The notes: a model not told the origin generated them from the sequence alone. Counted from the first letter of the stretch, positions 9,105 through 19,789 are shown. The stretch is DNA of 64,000 nucleotides from an uncultured Eubacteriales bacterium (GCA_964505785.1 CAZDJZ010000007.1:35629-99628); one strand, 5' to 3'. Translations and numbers: made by a program.

Positions 9105-10871
9105 AAAGGCTTCCTGGGGAATATCAATCCGGCCGACCCGTTTCATCCGTTTTTTCCCAGATTTCTGCTTTTCCAGCAGCTTCATTTTGCGGGTATAGTC
9201 ACCGCCGTAAAGCTTGGCCAGCACATCCTTGCGGTAAGCCTTGATAGTCTCGCGGGCGATAACCCTTTTTCCCAAAGCCGCCTGCAGCGCAACGTCATAC
9301 TGCTGCCGGGGAATAAGCTCCTTCATCTTGGTGATCAGCATCCTTCCCATTTGATAGGCTTTTTCACGGTGCACGATCATGGACAGGGCATCCACCGGTT
9401 CCTGATTGACCAGTATATCCAGCCTCACCAGGTCCGCCTCCCTGTAACCGGACAATTCATAATCCATGGACGCATATCCCCGGGAGACTGATTTAAGCCG
9501 GTTATAAAAATCGTAGACCACTTCATTCAGGGGCAGAAGATAAGTCAGGAAAATTTTCTGCGCACTGATAAATTCCATTTTCTTTTGTTCGCCGCGCCGG
9601 CCTTCCAGAAGCTTGAGCACACCGCCTAAATATTCCTCCGGCGTCAAGACCAAGGCTTCAATCACCGGCTCTTCAATGGTTTGAACTTCATGCGGTTCCG
9701 GAAGCTGTGAGGGTGTCTGGACTTGAAACACTTCGCCGTCCGAACCGGTCACCCGGAAATCCACACTTGGTGCGGTTGTGATCAAATTCAAATCGAATTC
9801 CCGCTCCAGCCGTTCCTGAATGATCTCACGGTGAAGCAAACCCAAGAACCCGCAGCGGAATCCCAGGCCTAAAGCAGGAGAATTTTCCGGTTCGTAAAAA
9901 AAAGAAAAATCATTAAGCTGCAGCTTTTCCAGTGCCTTTCTCAGTTCCGCCACATTGCTTTCTCCGGTTGGGTACATGCCGCAAAAAACCATAGGCTTGG
10001 CCTCTTTAAATCCAGGGAGGGGTGCAGCGGTTTTCCGCCCGGATTCGGTTATTGTATCTCCCACCCGGGCTTTGCGTATATCCTTAATGCCGGCGATAAT
10101 ATAACCCACCTCTCCTGCCCGGAGGGTACCGGTCCTGACCATTTTCGGAGTGAGATAACCCACTTCCTCCACTGTATACAGGGAGCCGTTGGACATCAGT
10201 TCAACCGGCGTCCCGGTTTTGACTTCCCCGTCATAAACCCTGACCAGCACGATAACGCCCCTGTAAACATCAAACCAGGAATCATACAGCAGTGCTTTTA
10301 AAGGAGCATCCGGTTCTCCCGCCGGCGGAGGAATGTCCTTAATCATCCTTTCCAGAACGTCTTTAATGCCGGTCCCGTTTTTGGCGCTGGTCAGGATGGC
10401 CTCTTCCGGCTTCAATCCGATAATACTGTCCAACTGTCCCAGCACCAAATCGGGCACAGCCTGAGGAAGATCGATCTTGTTGACCACCGGAATCAGGTTA
10501 AGGTCATGCTGAAGCGCCAGGTAGGTGTTGGCCATGGTCTGGGCTTCAATCCCCTGGGATGCATCCACCACCAGCAGGGCGCCTTCGCATGCGGCCAGGC
10601 TGCGGGAAACTTCATAGGAAAAATCCACGTGTCCCGGCGTGTCGATCAAATTGAGGATGTATTCCTGTCCGTCTTCAGCTTTATACATGAGCCTGGCGGA
10701 ATGAGCCTTGATGGTAATGCCCCGTTCCCGTTCCAGGTCCATGGTATCAAGCACTTGTTCCTTTAATTCCCGTACCGTCAGAGCTCCGGTCTTTTCCAAG
10801 AGGCGGTCGGCCAGCGTAGACTTGCCATGGTCAATATGCGCGATGATGGAGAAGTTACGTATATTTTTCAT
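9081..10871 (-). CDS. lepA: translation elongation factor 4 (LepA)
   Basis: [38 protein letters not shown] and the LepA C-terminal domain; 596 aa. Confidence 0.97.
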   Translation of the reverse strand: MKNIRNFSIIAHIDHGKSTLADRLLEKTGALTVRELKEQVLDTMDLERERGITIKAHSARLMYKAEDGQEYILNLIDTPGHVDFSYEVSRSLAACEGALLVVDASQGIEAQTMANTYLALQHDLNLIPVVNKIDLPQAVPDLVLGQLDSIIGLKPEEAILTSAKNGTGIKDVLERMIKDIPPPAGEPDAPLKALLYDSWFDVYRGVIVLVRVYDGEVKTGTPVELMSNGSLYTVEEVGYLTPKMVRTGTLRAGEVGYIIAGIKDIRKARVGDTITESGRKTAAPLPGFKEAKPMVFCGMYPTGESNVAELRKALEKLQLNDFSFFYEPENSPALGLGFRCGFLGLLHREIIQERLEREFDLNLITTAPSVDFRVTGSDGEVFQVQTPSQLPEPHEVQTIEEPVIEALVLTPEEYLGGVLKLLEGRRGEQKKMEFISAQKIFLTYLLPLNEVVYDFYNRLKSVSRGYASMDYELSGYREADLVRLDILVNQEPVDALSMIVHREKAYQMGRMLITKMKELIPRQQYDVALQAALGKRVIARETIKAYRKDVLAKLYGGDYTRKMKLLEKQKSGKKRMKRVGRIDIPQEAFLALLDIR

Positions 10872-11090
10872 GTGTTAATATTGGGATTTCAGTGAATTAT
10901 TTAAAATGAAAGCCGTTATCTATTCACTATCCAGATCACTATTATACTGGAAATCATTGGTATCCGTCTACTTGTCAGTCATGTGTTTTTCACGCTTCAC
11001 TCGCCTTTATTTTATTCATCGCCCTCTCAATCCCGATCCGCCATGGCATTGAATAAGGGCCATATCTTGCCCCCATGGGGGTCTCAAATA

Positions 11091-11190
11091 TTTGACAGCA
11101 GGGTTTGTCAGCAGCGATTGGATTCTCTCCGAAGCCAATGGTGGTGGGTGGAAAGGAAGGAACTTGGCGAGGAGAGAATCCAATCGCTGC
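11091..11190. repeat. C-type palindromic element (20-bp perfect arms, 40-nt loop)
   Basis: gcagcgattggattctctcc (11111-11130) is the exact reverse complement of ggagagaatccaatcgctgc (11171-11190). A single-arm homolog lies at 17206-17249. Confidence 0.7.
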
Positions 11191-11269
11191 TTCACAGCCG
11201 TCGTGTGACGGTAAAACCTAAGCGAAGCAGATGAGGTGAGATCGCCCCCCTCTGATATGCCGCATTTTT

Positions 11270-12187
11270 TTATGCTTCATCCAACCTTGAGCGGGCATAG
11301 GCGGCGCAGCCAATAAATCCGGCCTGATTGCCAAGCCGGGCTTCCCGGATTTTAGTGCATTTAAAGGAAGCAGTGAATGCCCGCTTCTCCGCTTCCTCAA
11401 GGGCAGGATCGAGCAGAAACCGGCCGGCTTTCATCACCCCTCCGCCCAAAACAATGGCTTCCGGATTCAGTATATTGATTAAAATAGAGAGGGCCAAGCC
11501 CAGGTAGCGTCCAGCTTTCTCAAATGCTTTGACAGCGTCGCTGTCGCCTGCTTCCGCTTGTTCAAACACTTCACGCGAAGTCCGGACCCGCGTATCCGGT
11601 TTCAGTTCCCGGTAATTTCGCACAATTTTTTCTCCGGACACCTCCCGCTCCAGACATCCCCAGCTGCCGCAGCTGCATTTGTCGCCTTCAGGATTGACCA
11701 CTATATGCCCCACTTCCCCGGCAAAACCGCATTCTCCCCGCCAAAGCCGGTTGCTGAGGATCACCCCGCCGCCGACTCCGGTCCCTATAGTGAGCAGGAC
11801 CATACTCTCACAATCTTCCCCGCCTCCAGCCGCAAATTCACCATATGCTGCCAGATTGGCATCATTATTCATAAAAAAAGGAACCGGAATAAACGATGAG
11901 AGGGCCGAGGACAAGTCATAGTTGTTAAGCGCAGGGTAATTGGGGGATTCAAGGATCTGTTTTTTCTTCAGGCTGAAAATTCCGGGAAAACCGAATCCGG
12001 CTGCCCGTATGGGTTTGGACGTCTCCCGCGGCAATTTTCCCCAAAGCTGACGCAGTAACCTCATTAAATCATCAATATCTTCCGGAGTATCCACCTTGTC
12101 GTGTAATATGACACTATTAGTCTGATCGATAATCCCATATTTCAACTGGGTTCCGCCTAAATCAAATCCGGCATATAAGGTCATCAT
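11270..12187 (-). CDS. ROK-family sugar kinase (glucokinase-like)
   Basis: FDLGGTQLKYG ATP-binding N-terminus, GTGVGGG and the ROK zinc motif CSCGSWGCLE. Start set at MMTLYAGFDLGG (12187) rather than the longest ORF (12244). Confidence 0.85.
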   Translation of the reverse strand: MMTLYAGFDLGGTQLKYGIIDQTNSVILHDKVDTPEDIDDLMRLLRQLWGKLPRETSKPIRAAGFGFPGIFSLKKKQILESPNYPALNNYDLSSALSSFIPVPFFMNNDANLAAYGEFAAGGGEDCESMVLLTIGTGVGGGVILSNRLWRGECGFAGEVGHIVVNPEGDKCSCGSWGCLEREVSGEKIVRNYRELKPDTRVRTSREVFEQAEAGDSDAVKAFEKAGRYLGLALSILINILNPEAIVLGGGVMKAGRFLLDPALEEAEKRAFTASFKCTKIREARLGNQAGFIGCAAYARSRLDEA

Positions 12188-12265
12188 AACTCCTTGAAAT
12201 GGGTCTCTTGAATTTATAATAAAATAATCCCTGCTGCATGGCAATTCAGATGTCGAGTAAAGCTT

Positions 12266-13510
12266 TCAGGATTTCACTGCGATTGCAGCGTAATTGGAGG
12301 GTGCAAACAGCAGCCTGTTGAGCTTGTCGATATTCTCATTGATCGCAAGGTCCCGGTCCGTATTCCCGGGCAAAGGCCGCAAACGTTCTTCTTCCAGAGG
12401 AATACTGTATTCGATTTTAACCTCTTTGAATCCGCTGCTTTCCAGCAGAAACCGGAGAGTTTGAGGGTGGACGGGATTTTTATGAGATAAATCCAGAAAA
12501 TATATTTCCACCAGGGAAAACACCGAAGCCGGGTTTATGGTTTCCAAAATAATGCACCCGGACGGGGCAAGCTTGAAATAACTGAGCTCCACCAGCCGCT
12601 TGAGATAAGACGGGCTCAGGTGTTCAATCACCTGGGAAGAAAATATCCCTCCCAGGGAATTATCCTCATGCGCATAAAGAGTTTCAATAATATCCGCTTT
12701 GCGGCAGTCCAGCCCTTTGTCCCGGCAGATATCCACCATCTGTTCATTGACATCAATTCCGCCGGCCGGAATGCCGTTATCGCGGAGCATCTGAACAAAT
12801 TCCCCCCGCCCGCAGCCCAAGTCCAGCACGGGAAGGCGGGTATTGAAATACGGCAGATAATCCCGCTGCTGCTGTTTAACCTTTTCTTCCCAGCCCCTAA
12901 ACCGGTTTTCAAAACCGGCGTATTTAAAATCTTCAAGCGGTCCGGCCAAAGCGCGCACTTGTTCCGGCGAAGGCGATTCTTTCTTCTCTAAAACCGCCAG
13001 CAGGCAATCCAGGTCTTCTTTGACACGGAGGAACTTTTTCATCAGCAGATTGGCGTCTTCATAGCTGTCGGAGAGCTTCTCCACTTTCCATTCCAGGCTT
13101 TTGAAAATCATGCCCACATGATTGCTGCTTAAGGCATCCCACTCTTTGTCTTTCACATCCATAAGCTGGGCTGCGGTTTCCACCAGATGAACACAATCGG
13201 CACACCACTGTCGGGTATCCTGGTTCTGGCGGGCAAGCGCCCGGGAGATCTGCTTTAGAGCAAAGATAATGTTTTTATCAAAAGTGTCTTTTTGGGACAG
13301 CCGGGTCCTGGATTTATTAAACAGGCCCTTCCCGGCCGAAGCCTCTTTTCCCCGGAATAGTTGTTCTTCAAGAGAAACAAGAGATGCCTGAATTTGGTCA
13401 AAATCCCCGCGACTGCATTCAATCCTTTTTTTTATATCTTGCAACTGCCGGGAAAGACGTTTTTCCTTTTCCTGCCGGTCACGGTTGAGCTTTTCCAGGG
13501 TTCGTTTCAT
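12266..13510 (-). CDS. class I SAM-dependent methyltransferase with N-terminal coiled-coil region
   Basis: SAM motif I VLDLGCGRGEF, followed by DVNEQM and IFSSQVIEHL. About 200 aa of a charged helical N-terminal region. Confidence 0.8.
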   Translation of the reverse strand: MKRTLEKLNRDRQEKEKRLSRQLQDIKKRIECSRGDFDQIQASLVSLEEQLFRGKEASAGKGLFNKSRTRLSQKDTFDKNIIFALKQISRALARQNQDTRQWCADCVHLVETAAQLMDVKDKEWDALSSNHVGMIFKSLEWKVEKLSDSYEDANLLMKKFLRVKEDLDCLLAVLEKKESPSPEQVRALAGPLEDFKYAGFENRFRGWEEKVKQQQRDYLPYFNTRLPVLDLGCGRGEFVQMLRDNGIPAGGIDVNEQMVDICRDKGLDCRKADIIETLYAHEDNSLGGIFSSQVIEHLSPSYLKRLVELSYFKLAPSGCIILETINPASVFSLVEIYFLDLSHKNPVHPQTLRFLLESSGFKEVKIEYSIPLEEERLRPLPGNTDRDLAINENIDKLNRLLFAPSNYAAIAVKS

Positions 13511-13541
13511 GATCTCTTAGCCTGGCCTAAATGACTCGAGA

Positions 13542-13667
13542 GTGTCATTCCGAGAAGCGCAGTGACGAAAGATTTCAGGCTGCCTCGTGTAATGAGCCGG
13601 TCCTGTCTCACCTGCCGAAGCAGCATAAAATCCTTACGGCCTGCTGCCGCAGGCCCCAGGATGACAT
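13542..13667. repeat. B-type element, short copy
   Basis: gtgtcattccgagaagcgcagtgacgaaagat...gctgcctcg on the left and ccccaggatgacat on the right, in inverted orientation. Confidence 0.55.
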
Positions 13668-13727
13668 ATGGAGCCATTTTCTTCATTCACAGAGTGGCAT
13701 AGGTACATGATTCCTTCAAAAAAGCGA

Positions 13728-13925
13728 TTAAGTATCGGAATCATTTTTCTTTTCAGGTCCGGATTTCTCCTCTTCTTCAGGATTGCTGACAGATTTTTTA
13801 AAATTTTTGATTCCCTGTCCCAGGGATTTCCCCAGTTCCGGCAGTCGCCGGGCGCCGAAAATAATGACAATAATAAAAACGATAAGAAGCAGTTCCATCG
13901 GGCCGACCGGTCCAAATACAAACAT
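13728..13925 (-). CDS. tatA: twin-arginine translocase subunit TatA/E
   Basis: [36 protein letters not shown] is the canonical TatA TM helix plus amphipathic helix. The other ORFs overlapping this locus are frame shadows. Confidence 0.85.
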   Translation of the reverse strand: MFVFGPVGPMELLLIVFIIVIIFGARRLPELGKSLGQGIKNFKKSVSNPEEEEKSGPEKKNDSDT

Positions 13926-14078
13926 TGAAACCTCCAGGAGGATTTATTTTCTTCCGTCTTTTGACCATTTCAAAATACCTTTTATCCCAATGAAAAGTCA
14001 AGACAAAGCAGCCGTTTGCTCCACCCGGCCGGCAGGTTGTTGCAAAAATATTTCAGATATTATATTTTTGTTGATTCC

Positions 14079-14397
14079 CCTGAATTATTCACGGGCCGAG
14101 ATTGCCGCAGACGTGAGGCGCAGGGCGTGAAGCTGTGGTCCTTCACCGCGAATGCCCTGCAGCAAAGTTTTATTGCAAGGCCTGCGAAGCAGGCCGTGGC
14201 AACCTTAGACGGACAGATTCTTAACAGCAAAGCCGTCTAAGGTCCTCACGTCGCTTCGCTCCTCCGGACCCCGCCTAAAAGGGTGAAAAATTGCGAAAAA
14301 ATAAAAATTTATTAATGAAAAACTTTCCCATGGATCTTTCTCTAAAAACCCCTCAAAAATATGCAAAAATACCGCAATTTTTTTTGAATAATCCAGG
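14079..14397. repeat. A-type element, full copy carrying a nested B-type fragment
   Basis: Termini cctgaattattca (14079-14091) and tgaataatccagg (14385-14397). Internal stem at 14284-14294 and 14373-14383. It has about 100 extra bp (14167-14268), including ccgtctaaggtcctcacgtcgcttcgctcctcc. Confidence 0.75.
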
Positions 14398-14412
14398 TTC
14401 ATTAAATTCAGG

Positions 14413-17082
14413 ATGATTATTATGTCAAAATCTATTGTCTGTCTTATCTTTTTGCTTTTGACCTCACTCGCCGGGCCGGTTTATGCCCCGGCTTCTCTTC
14501 CGCAAAATCATGACCGCACCGTTAAAGCAATCTCCCTGCATTCTCCGGTGCAAATCGATGGCCTCCTGCAAGAGCCGTGCTGGCAAAACCAAGGTTACTC
14601 AGGATTCATCCAAAGCGATCCGCTCGACGGAGAGCCAGCCACGGAAAAAACAGTAGTCTGGATTGCCTTTGACAGGGAAAATTTGTTTGTCGCCGCCCGC
14701 TTATATGACCGCTCCCCTGAAAACATCGTCAGCCGGTTGGGCCGCCGGGACGACCAGGTGGATTCGGACTGGTTTATTTTTGCCGTCGACCCATATTATG
14801 ACCGGAGAAGCGGATTTCAATTTGCGGTTAATCCAGCAGGTTCTATAATGGACAGCACTTTGTTTAATGACGAAGGCGTCGACCCAACTTGGGACGGTGT
14901 TTGGGAAAGCTCCGCCCGCAGAGATGACCAGGGATGGACAGTGGAAATGCGGATCCCTTACCATCAGCTGCGCTTTAAACCAAAAGCTGACTATATCTGG
15001 GGAGTCAATTTTTTTCGCACGATACAGCGCAAGAGTGAAAAGGATATGTATGCCTGGAAACCGAAAGAGGAAAGCGGATATGTCTCGCGGTTCGCCCCTC
15101 TGACCGGAATCCGCGATATCCATCCCGGACGCTTGATTGAACTGCAGCCGTTTTCCGTGGGTAAAGCCGGATTTCTCCGTCATGATGAAGGCGACCCCTT
15201 CAACAGCGGCCGGGAATTCACAGGAAACGCCGGCTTTGACTTTAAAGCCGGTCTACAGAGTAATCTCACTTTAAATATGACAGTCAATCCTGATTTCGGT
15301 CAGGTTGAAGTGGACCCCGCGGTTATCAATATTAGCGACCAGGAAACATACTATCAGGAGAAACGCCCGTTCTTTATTGAAGGCGCGGATATTTTCCGGT
15401 TCGGATACGGCGGGGCCAACCAGGTCCGGAATCTGGGATGGAGGAATCCCAGCTTCTTTTACAGCCGCCGCATCGGCCGGGCCCCGCAAGGATTCCCTTC
15501 GACCTCCGGTTACGTGGATGCGCCGGAGTGGTCCACTATTCTAGGTGCTGCAAAAATAACCGGAAAAATCGGAAACGGTTGGAACATCGGTTTTATGGAT
15601 GCCTTGACTCAGCGGGAATTCGCGGCCATAGATGAAAGCGGACAGCGCGCACAGCAGGAGATCGAGCCTTTTACCCATTACGGTGTTTTTCGCGCTCAAA
15701 AGGATTTCAAGGAGGGGCACCAGGGTTTGGGCCTTATTGCAACCTCAGTCATTCGGGATCTAAAGAACAGCCCTTTGGAACTCACTCTCACCAGCAGTGC
15801 GCATAGCCTGGCTCTTGATGGATGGACATTTTTGGACCAGGACCGTACCTGGGTCGTAACCGGCTGGCTGGGCGGCACGCGGGTGACCGGAACATCCGAT
15901 GCGATGACCCGCCTGCAGAAATCTTTCCTCCATTATTTTCAAAGACCCGATGCCGGCCATGTTTCAGTGGATGAAAATGCCGCTTCCCTTAACGGCTGGG
16001 CCGGCCGGATTTTTATCAATAAGCAAAAGGGCCGCCTGGTCTTCAACACCGCACTGGGTGCCATCTCTCCCGGTTTTAATGCTATGGATATGGGATATCA
16101 TTCCCGGGGAGACCTGATCAACGGACATGCTGAAGCCGGATATCAATCCTTTCATCCCGGCAGCCTGTTCCGCGACTGGAAAATCACCATGTCCACACAC
16201 CGGGGATATGATTTCACGGGGCATAAAACCGACGAATACTATAATTTCAATGCTTTCGCAAGATTTTTAAATTATTGGAGCGTAAATTTCTATTTAAGCT
16301 ACGACCCGAACCGGTACAACCACAATTTAACCCGCGGGGGACCGATGAGTCTTTATCCATGGGGATTCAGCCGGAGTCTGAGCGTCAGCAGCGACAACCG
16401 GAAACACGTGGTCTTTTCCCTGTCCGCTTTCTACCGAACCCATCCCTACGGCGCCTATAATTATTCATTCCGCGGAGGAATTTTGTGGAAAGCCCGTTCA
16501 AATTTGAGCTTATCCGTCGGCCCCAGCTATACCTGGCGCCATTCCTGCGGACAATGGGTCACGCGAATTCAAGATCCTCTTAAAACAGAAACGTACGGAA
16601 CCCGCTATATTTTCTCAGATATCATCCAGGAAACTCTCCCCGTGGAAATCCGGATTAACTGGACTTTTACTCCCAAACTCAGCTTACAGGCCTATCTGCA
16701 GCCCTTTTTAGGGGCAGGAGACTTTTTCAGATTCAAAGAATTAAAGGCCCCGCGGACATTTGATTTTCTGTTTTTCGGTGAGGACAATGTGTCAACGATC
16801 GATAAAGAGGGAGGCTTGTACACGGTCGATCCTGACGGCCCGGGTCCGGCACAGGCTTTTTCCTTCCGGGATCCGGACTTTAACCTCAAATCCATGCGCG
16901 GGACCGTGGTTCTGCGCTGGGAATACAGCCCCGGGTCCACCATTTATGCGGTATGGACCCAAAACCGCTGGGACGCATCCAACCCCGGAGACTTCGACCT
17001 GGGCCGCGATTTGGCCGACCTGCTTCAGGCCGGCGGCGATCATGTCTTTTTGTTCAAGATGAACTACCGCTTCACTTTTTAG
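14413..17082 (+). CDS. outer-membrane protein, CBM9/DOMON-like N-terminal domain plus DUF5916-like beta-barrel
   Basis: Signal peptide. VWIAFDRENLFVAARLYD...WDGVWESSARRDDQGWTVEMRIPY is CBM9-like. Long beta-rich C-terminal region ending NYRFTF (OMP-type terminal Phe). The ATG at 14422 has better RBS spacing and may be the true start. Confidence 0.75.
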   Translation: MIIMSKSIVCLIFLLLTSLAGPVYAPASLPQNHDRTVKAISLHSPVQIDGLLQEPCWQNQGYSGFIQSDPLDGEPATEKTVVWIAFDRENLFVAARLYDRSPENIVSRLGRRDDQVDSDWFIFAVDPYYDRRSGFQFAVNPAGSIMDSTLFNDEGVDPTWDGVWESSARRDDQGWTVEMRIPYHQLRFKPKADYIWGVNFFRTIQRKSEKDMYAWKPKEESGYVSRFAPLTGIRDIHPGRLIELQPFSVGKAGFLRHDEGDPFNSGREFTGNAGFDFKAGLQSNLTLNMTVNPDFGQVEVDPAVINISDQETYYQEKRPFFIEGADIFRFGYGGANQVRNLGWRNPSFFYSRRIGRAPQGFPSTSGYVDAPEWSTILGAAKITGKIGNGWNIGFMDALTQREFAAIDESGQRAQQEIEPFTHYGVFRAQKDFKEGHQGLGLIATSVIRDLKNSPLELTLTSSAHSLALDGWTFLDQDRTWVVTGWLGGTRVTGTSDAMTRLQKSFLHYFQRPDAGHVSVDENAASLNGWAGRIFINKQKGRLVFNTALGAISPGFNAMDMGYHSRGDLINGHAEAGYQSFHPGSLFRDWKITMSTHRGYDFTGHKTDEYYNFNAFARFLNYWSVNFYLSYDPNRYNHNLTRGGPMSLYPWGFSRSLSVSSDNRKHVVFSLSAFYRTHPYGAYNYSFRGGILWKARSNLSLSVGPSYTWRHSCGQWVTRIQDPLKTETYGTRYIFSDIIQETLPVEIRINWTFTPKLSLQAYLQPFLGAGDFFRFKELKAPRTFDFLFFGEDNVSTIDKEGGLYTVDPDGPGPAQAFSFRDPDFNLKSMRGTVVLRWEYSPGSTIYAVWTQNRWDASNPGDFDLGRDLADLLQAGGDHVFLFKMNYRFTF

Positions 17083-17361
17083 CTTTAATTTAGTTCGAAA
17101 TGAGTAAAAAGTAAAAAGAGAAAAGTTATCTCAAATCTGAAATTTGAAATCTGAAAAACATATCGATGCAGATTGCAAAAATCGTGTTTTTTTTAAATTT
17201 CTCCGGGCGAGGAGAGAATTCAATCGCCGCTGATAAAACCTGCTGTCAATAACCCTGAAACATTCAGGTAACTATAGTTTCTCTTGAAAATATCTGTTAA
17301 TTTAATACAATACTTAAATAATTCCTACTTGGAAGCGGGATGAAACGATTCGACAAAATAC

Positions 17362-17373
17362 AGGTATAATAAG
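17362..17373 (+). promoter_or_regulatory. recurrent AGGTATAATAAG motif (candidate extended -10 box)
   Basis: The same 12-mer occurs at 24481-24492 (+) and at 2419-2430 and 2743-2754 (-), each time upstream of and pointing toward a gene. It contains a consensus TATAAT. Confidence 0.3.
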
Positions 17374-18374
17374 TGAAAATACGATTTATCATATACAGCT
17401 TTTTTTTGACTCTGGCCCTTGCGGGGATTTTGGAGACCGCAAGCCGGATCGGGTTTATCCAGAATCTCCTTCCTATGTCCAGCCGCGGGATCAATCACCA
17501 TTTTTTAGATATGAACTTTGCCCTTTCTCAGCGGCTTGCCCATGAGCAGGGCGGCATTGATGCTGTCATGATCGGAACATCCCAGGTTATGGTATCTTTT
17601 GACCCCGAGGTCTTCAGCCGGCGTTACAATGAAATAACCGAGCGAAAAATGACCGCCTATAATTTCGGGGTGGCCGGACTGACTCTTCCTGCGAAAATCG
17701 CTCTGATAAATATTCTTTGGGATGAGTATCATCCGGAATGGCTGCTTATTGGATTATCGGTCCCGATGCTGAGCGAAAAAATCCGCCCTTCTCAGGAACG
17801 CATTTTATCCAGCCCCTGGATCCGTTACCGGAACCAGGATTTTAATTTTCCAGGCTGGCTGACCGAACATTCCCGTTTTTTCCAGTATTTCCTGCGTTTC
17901 CGCCAGTGGCTTCAGTATCCGGACTTTTCCGCCCGCATTTCGCGAAAAGAATCACGTGTATCGCCATATGGATTCAGCAATTTTAAAAATCCGTCCTCAA
18001 CCCGGAGTTTGGTTTTGGATCCGAAACGAATCCAGCGATTTCGTGATAATCTTAAAGACTATTCCATTTCGAGAGAGCGGGTGAAAGATTTGGACCGCTT
18101 GCTCTCCTTTCGAGATAAAACCAATCTGATCGTGATTGAGATGCCGGTGCATCCATATTTTAATACCTTATACAAAAACGGAGAACAGGACCACAAAAGG
18201 ACTGTTAAAATCATCCGGGACCGCTGCGCGCAGTATCGGGTTCCCTTTGTCCCCGCAGACAACCCTGCATTTGAATGCGACAGGTTATGGATTCAGACCA
18301 ATCATATGAATGCTCTGGGGGCGGAAATGTTCAGTTCCTGGCTGTCAGAAAAGTTTGCGGAGACAGTCCAATGA
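17373..18374 (+). CDS. membrane-anchored DltD/SGNH-like accessory protein (putative) of the MBOAT acylation operon
   Basis: GTG start, N-terminal TM helix IIYSFFLTLALAGIL, MIGTSQV (GDS-like block) and a C-terminal TNHMNALG block. ATGA-coupled to the MBOAT gene. The fold assignment is tentative. Confidence 0.45.
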   Translation: MKIRFIIYSFFLTLALAGILETASRIGFIQNLLPMSSRGINHHFLDMNFALSQRLAHEQGGIDAVMIGTSQVMVSFDPEVFSRRYNEITERKMTAYNFGVAGLTLPAKIALINILWDEYHPEWLLIGLSVPMLSEKIRPSQERILSSPWIRYRNQDFNFPGWLTEHSRFFQYFLRFRQWLQYPDFSARISRKESRVSPYGFSNFKNPSSTRSLVLDPKRIQRFRDNLKDYSISRERVKDLDRLLSFRDKTNLIVIEMPVHPYFNTLYKNGEQDHKRTVKIIRDRCAQYRVPFVPADNPAFECDRLWIQTNHMNALGAEMFSSWLSEKFAETVQ

Positions 18375-19789
18375 ATATTTACACAGCTTCATTTTTCTTA
18401 TTCTGCGCCGGGGTTTATATTCTGTATTACCTAACTCCACGCAAACATCAAAATTTGATTCTGCTGCTGGCGTCTTATACTTTCTACTGCCTGCTTTCCT
18501 GGCATTTTGCATTCATCCTCTTGGTCATGACCGCAGTGAACTTTATTCTGGGACAAGTTATTCACCAATCCAGCCGGCCTGGACGCTGGCTGACCGCGGG
18601 CATTCTTTTTAATATTCTGTTTCTTTTGGCATTTAAGACTGCCGGTTTTTTTATTCCCGAGCTCAGCCGTTTGATCTCAAGGATTGGCATTTCCACCCAG
18701 ACGGAAGGCTTGAGTATCATTCTGCCGGTGGGAATGTCCTTTTATATCCTGCAGGCTGTATCCTACCTGGTGGATATCCGCCGCCGGCAAATATCTCCTG
18801 CAGCCGACCCGGTCAAATTCGGACTCTTTCTGGCTTATTTTCCCAAACTGACCGCCGGTCCGATTGAAAATGCCCGAAAATTTCTCCCCCAATTGAAAAA
18901 ACCGCGCCAAATTGAAAAAGATAATATCACCCAGGGCATAACCCTTATTATTCTCGGGCTGATCCGAAAACTGGTGATTGCGGATACCATTATAACATCG
19001 GCTCCCCCTCAGCTTTTCTCCTCCCTTTTGCAGCATCCCGCCGGACATATTTTCTTTTGGGTCTTGCTGTATGGAATCGGCATTTATTTTGATTTCAGCG
19101 GTTACACCAATATCGCCCGAGGCGTCAGCCGTTTTTTCGGAATCACGCTGAGCAGAAATTTCCTGTATCCTTTATATTCGCAAAACTTTTCCGACTTCTG
19201 GAGCCGCTGGCATATCTCCCTCTCCCAATGGCTGCGTGAGTATATTTTCTTTCCCGTGACCCGAACGCTGATGCGAAAAAAACAAAATCCCGCACATTAT
19301 CTGGTGATATTGATGCCCCCGGTTTTAACCATGCTGGCGAGCGGACTTTGGCACGGGGTACGCTGGAATTTCATTGCCTGGGGATTCCTCATGGGACTCA
19401 TGCTGGCGGGCGAACGGTTATGGAGTATAAACAAGCCGGTTCAAATCCCCAGTAAAAAATCGGGCGTTTTCCGGATTCTTTCTTCACTGGGAATTCTATT
19501 TCTGTTGACAGCTGGATTCATCGTCTTTGTCATGGATTTTCCTTTGGGGCGAGCGCTGTCGACAGGACTGATCCCCGGCTTTTCCTGGTCTCCTCCCAAC
19601 TATCGGCTCGCGCTGATCATCATCCCGGGATTCATGATTGATTTTTTTCAATACCGAAAGAACAGTGAAACATTCTTTTCCAGCTGGTCCCTTTGGTCAA
19701 AAAGTTTTATGCTGGCGGCGGCCCTGGTTTTAATTGTGCTCTTTTCACAATCCCGGTTGGCCACGCCGTTTATTTATCAGGGATTTTAA
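18371..19789 (+). CDS. MBOAT-family membrane O-acyltransferase (DltB/AlgI-like)
   Basis: FWSRWHISLSQWLREYIFFP and ASGLWHG are signature MBOAT histidine motifs; multi-pass membrane protein. Start taken at MNIYTASFF (ATGA overlap with the upstream stop), not the 18275 ORF start. Confidence 0.9.
   Translation: MNIYTASFFLFCAGVYILYYLTPRKHQNLILLLASYTFYCLLSWHFAFILLVMTAVNFILGQVIHQSSRPGRWLTAGILFNILFLLAFKTAGFFIPELSRLISRIGISTQTEGLSIILPVGMSFYILQAVSYLVDIRRRQISPAADPVKFGLFLAYFPKLTAGPIENARKFLPQLKKPRQIEKDNITQGITLIILGLIRKLVIADTIITSAPPQLFSSLLQHPAGHIFFWVLLYGIGIYFDFSGYTNIARGVSRFFGITLSRNFLYPLYSQNFSDFWSRWHISLSQWLREYIFFPVTRTLMRKKQNPAHYLVILMPPVLTMLASGLWHGVRWNFIAWGFLMGLMLAGERLWSINKPVQIPSKKSGVFRILSSLGILFLLTAGFIVFVMDFPLGRALSTGLIPGFSWSPPNYRLALIIIPGFMIDFFQYRKNSETFFSSWSLWSKSFMLAAALVLIVLFSQSRLATPFIYQGF

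Noticed and set aside
10983-11234. 83-aa ORF in the lepA-ROK spacer
   Set aside because: It reads through both arms of the perfect 20-bp palindrome, so part of the peptide is dictated by the inverted repeat. There is no RBS and no motif.
13634-13928. Alternative ORFs overlapping tatA (13634-13921 minus, 13668-13928 plus, 13783-14130 plus)
   Set aside because: Only the 13728-13925 frame gives the canonical TatA TM and amphipathic helix sequence. The others are frame shadows and partly repeat-derived.
18275-18370. Longer N-terminus for the MBOAT gene (start at 18275) and the parallel ORF 18310-18612
   Set aside because: The extension overlaps the 3' end of the upstream gene by about 100 nt and is non-hydrophobic. 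The ATG at 18371 gives the common ATGA coupling and a typical MBOAT N-terminal TM helix.
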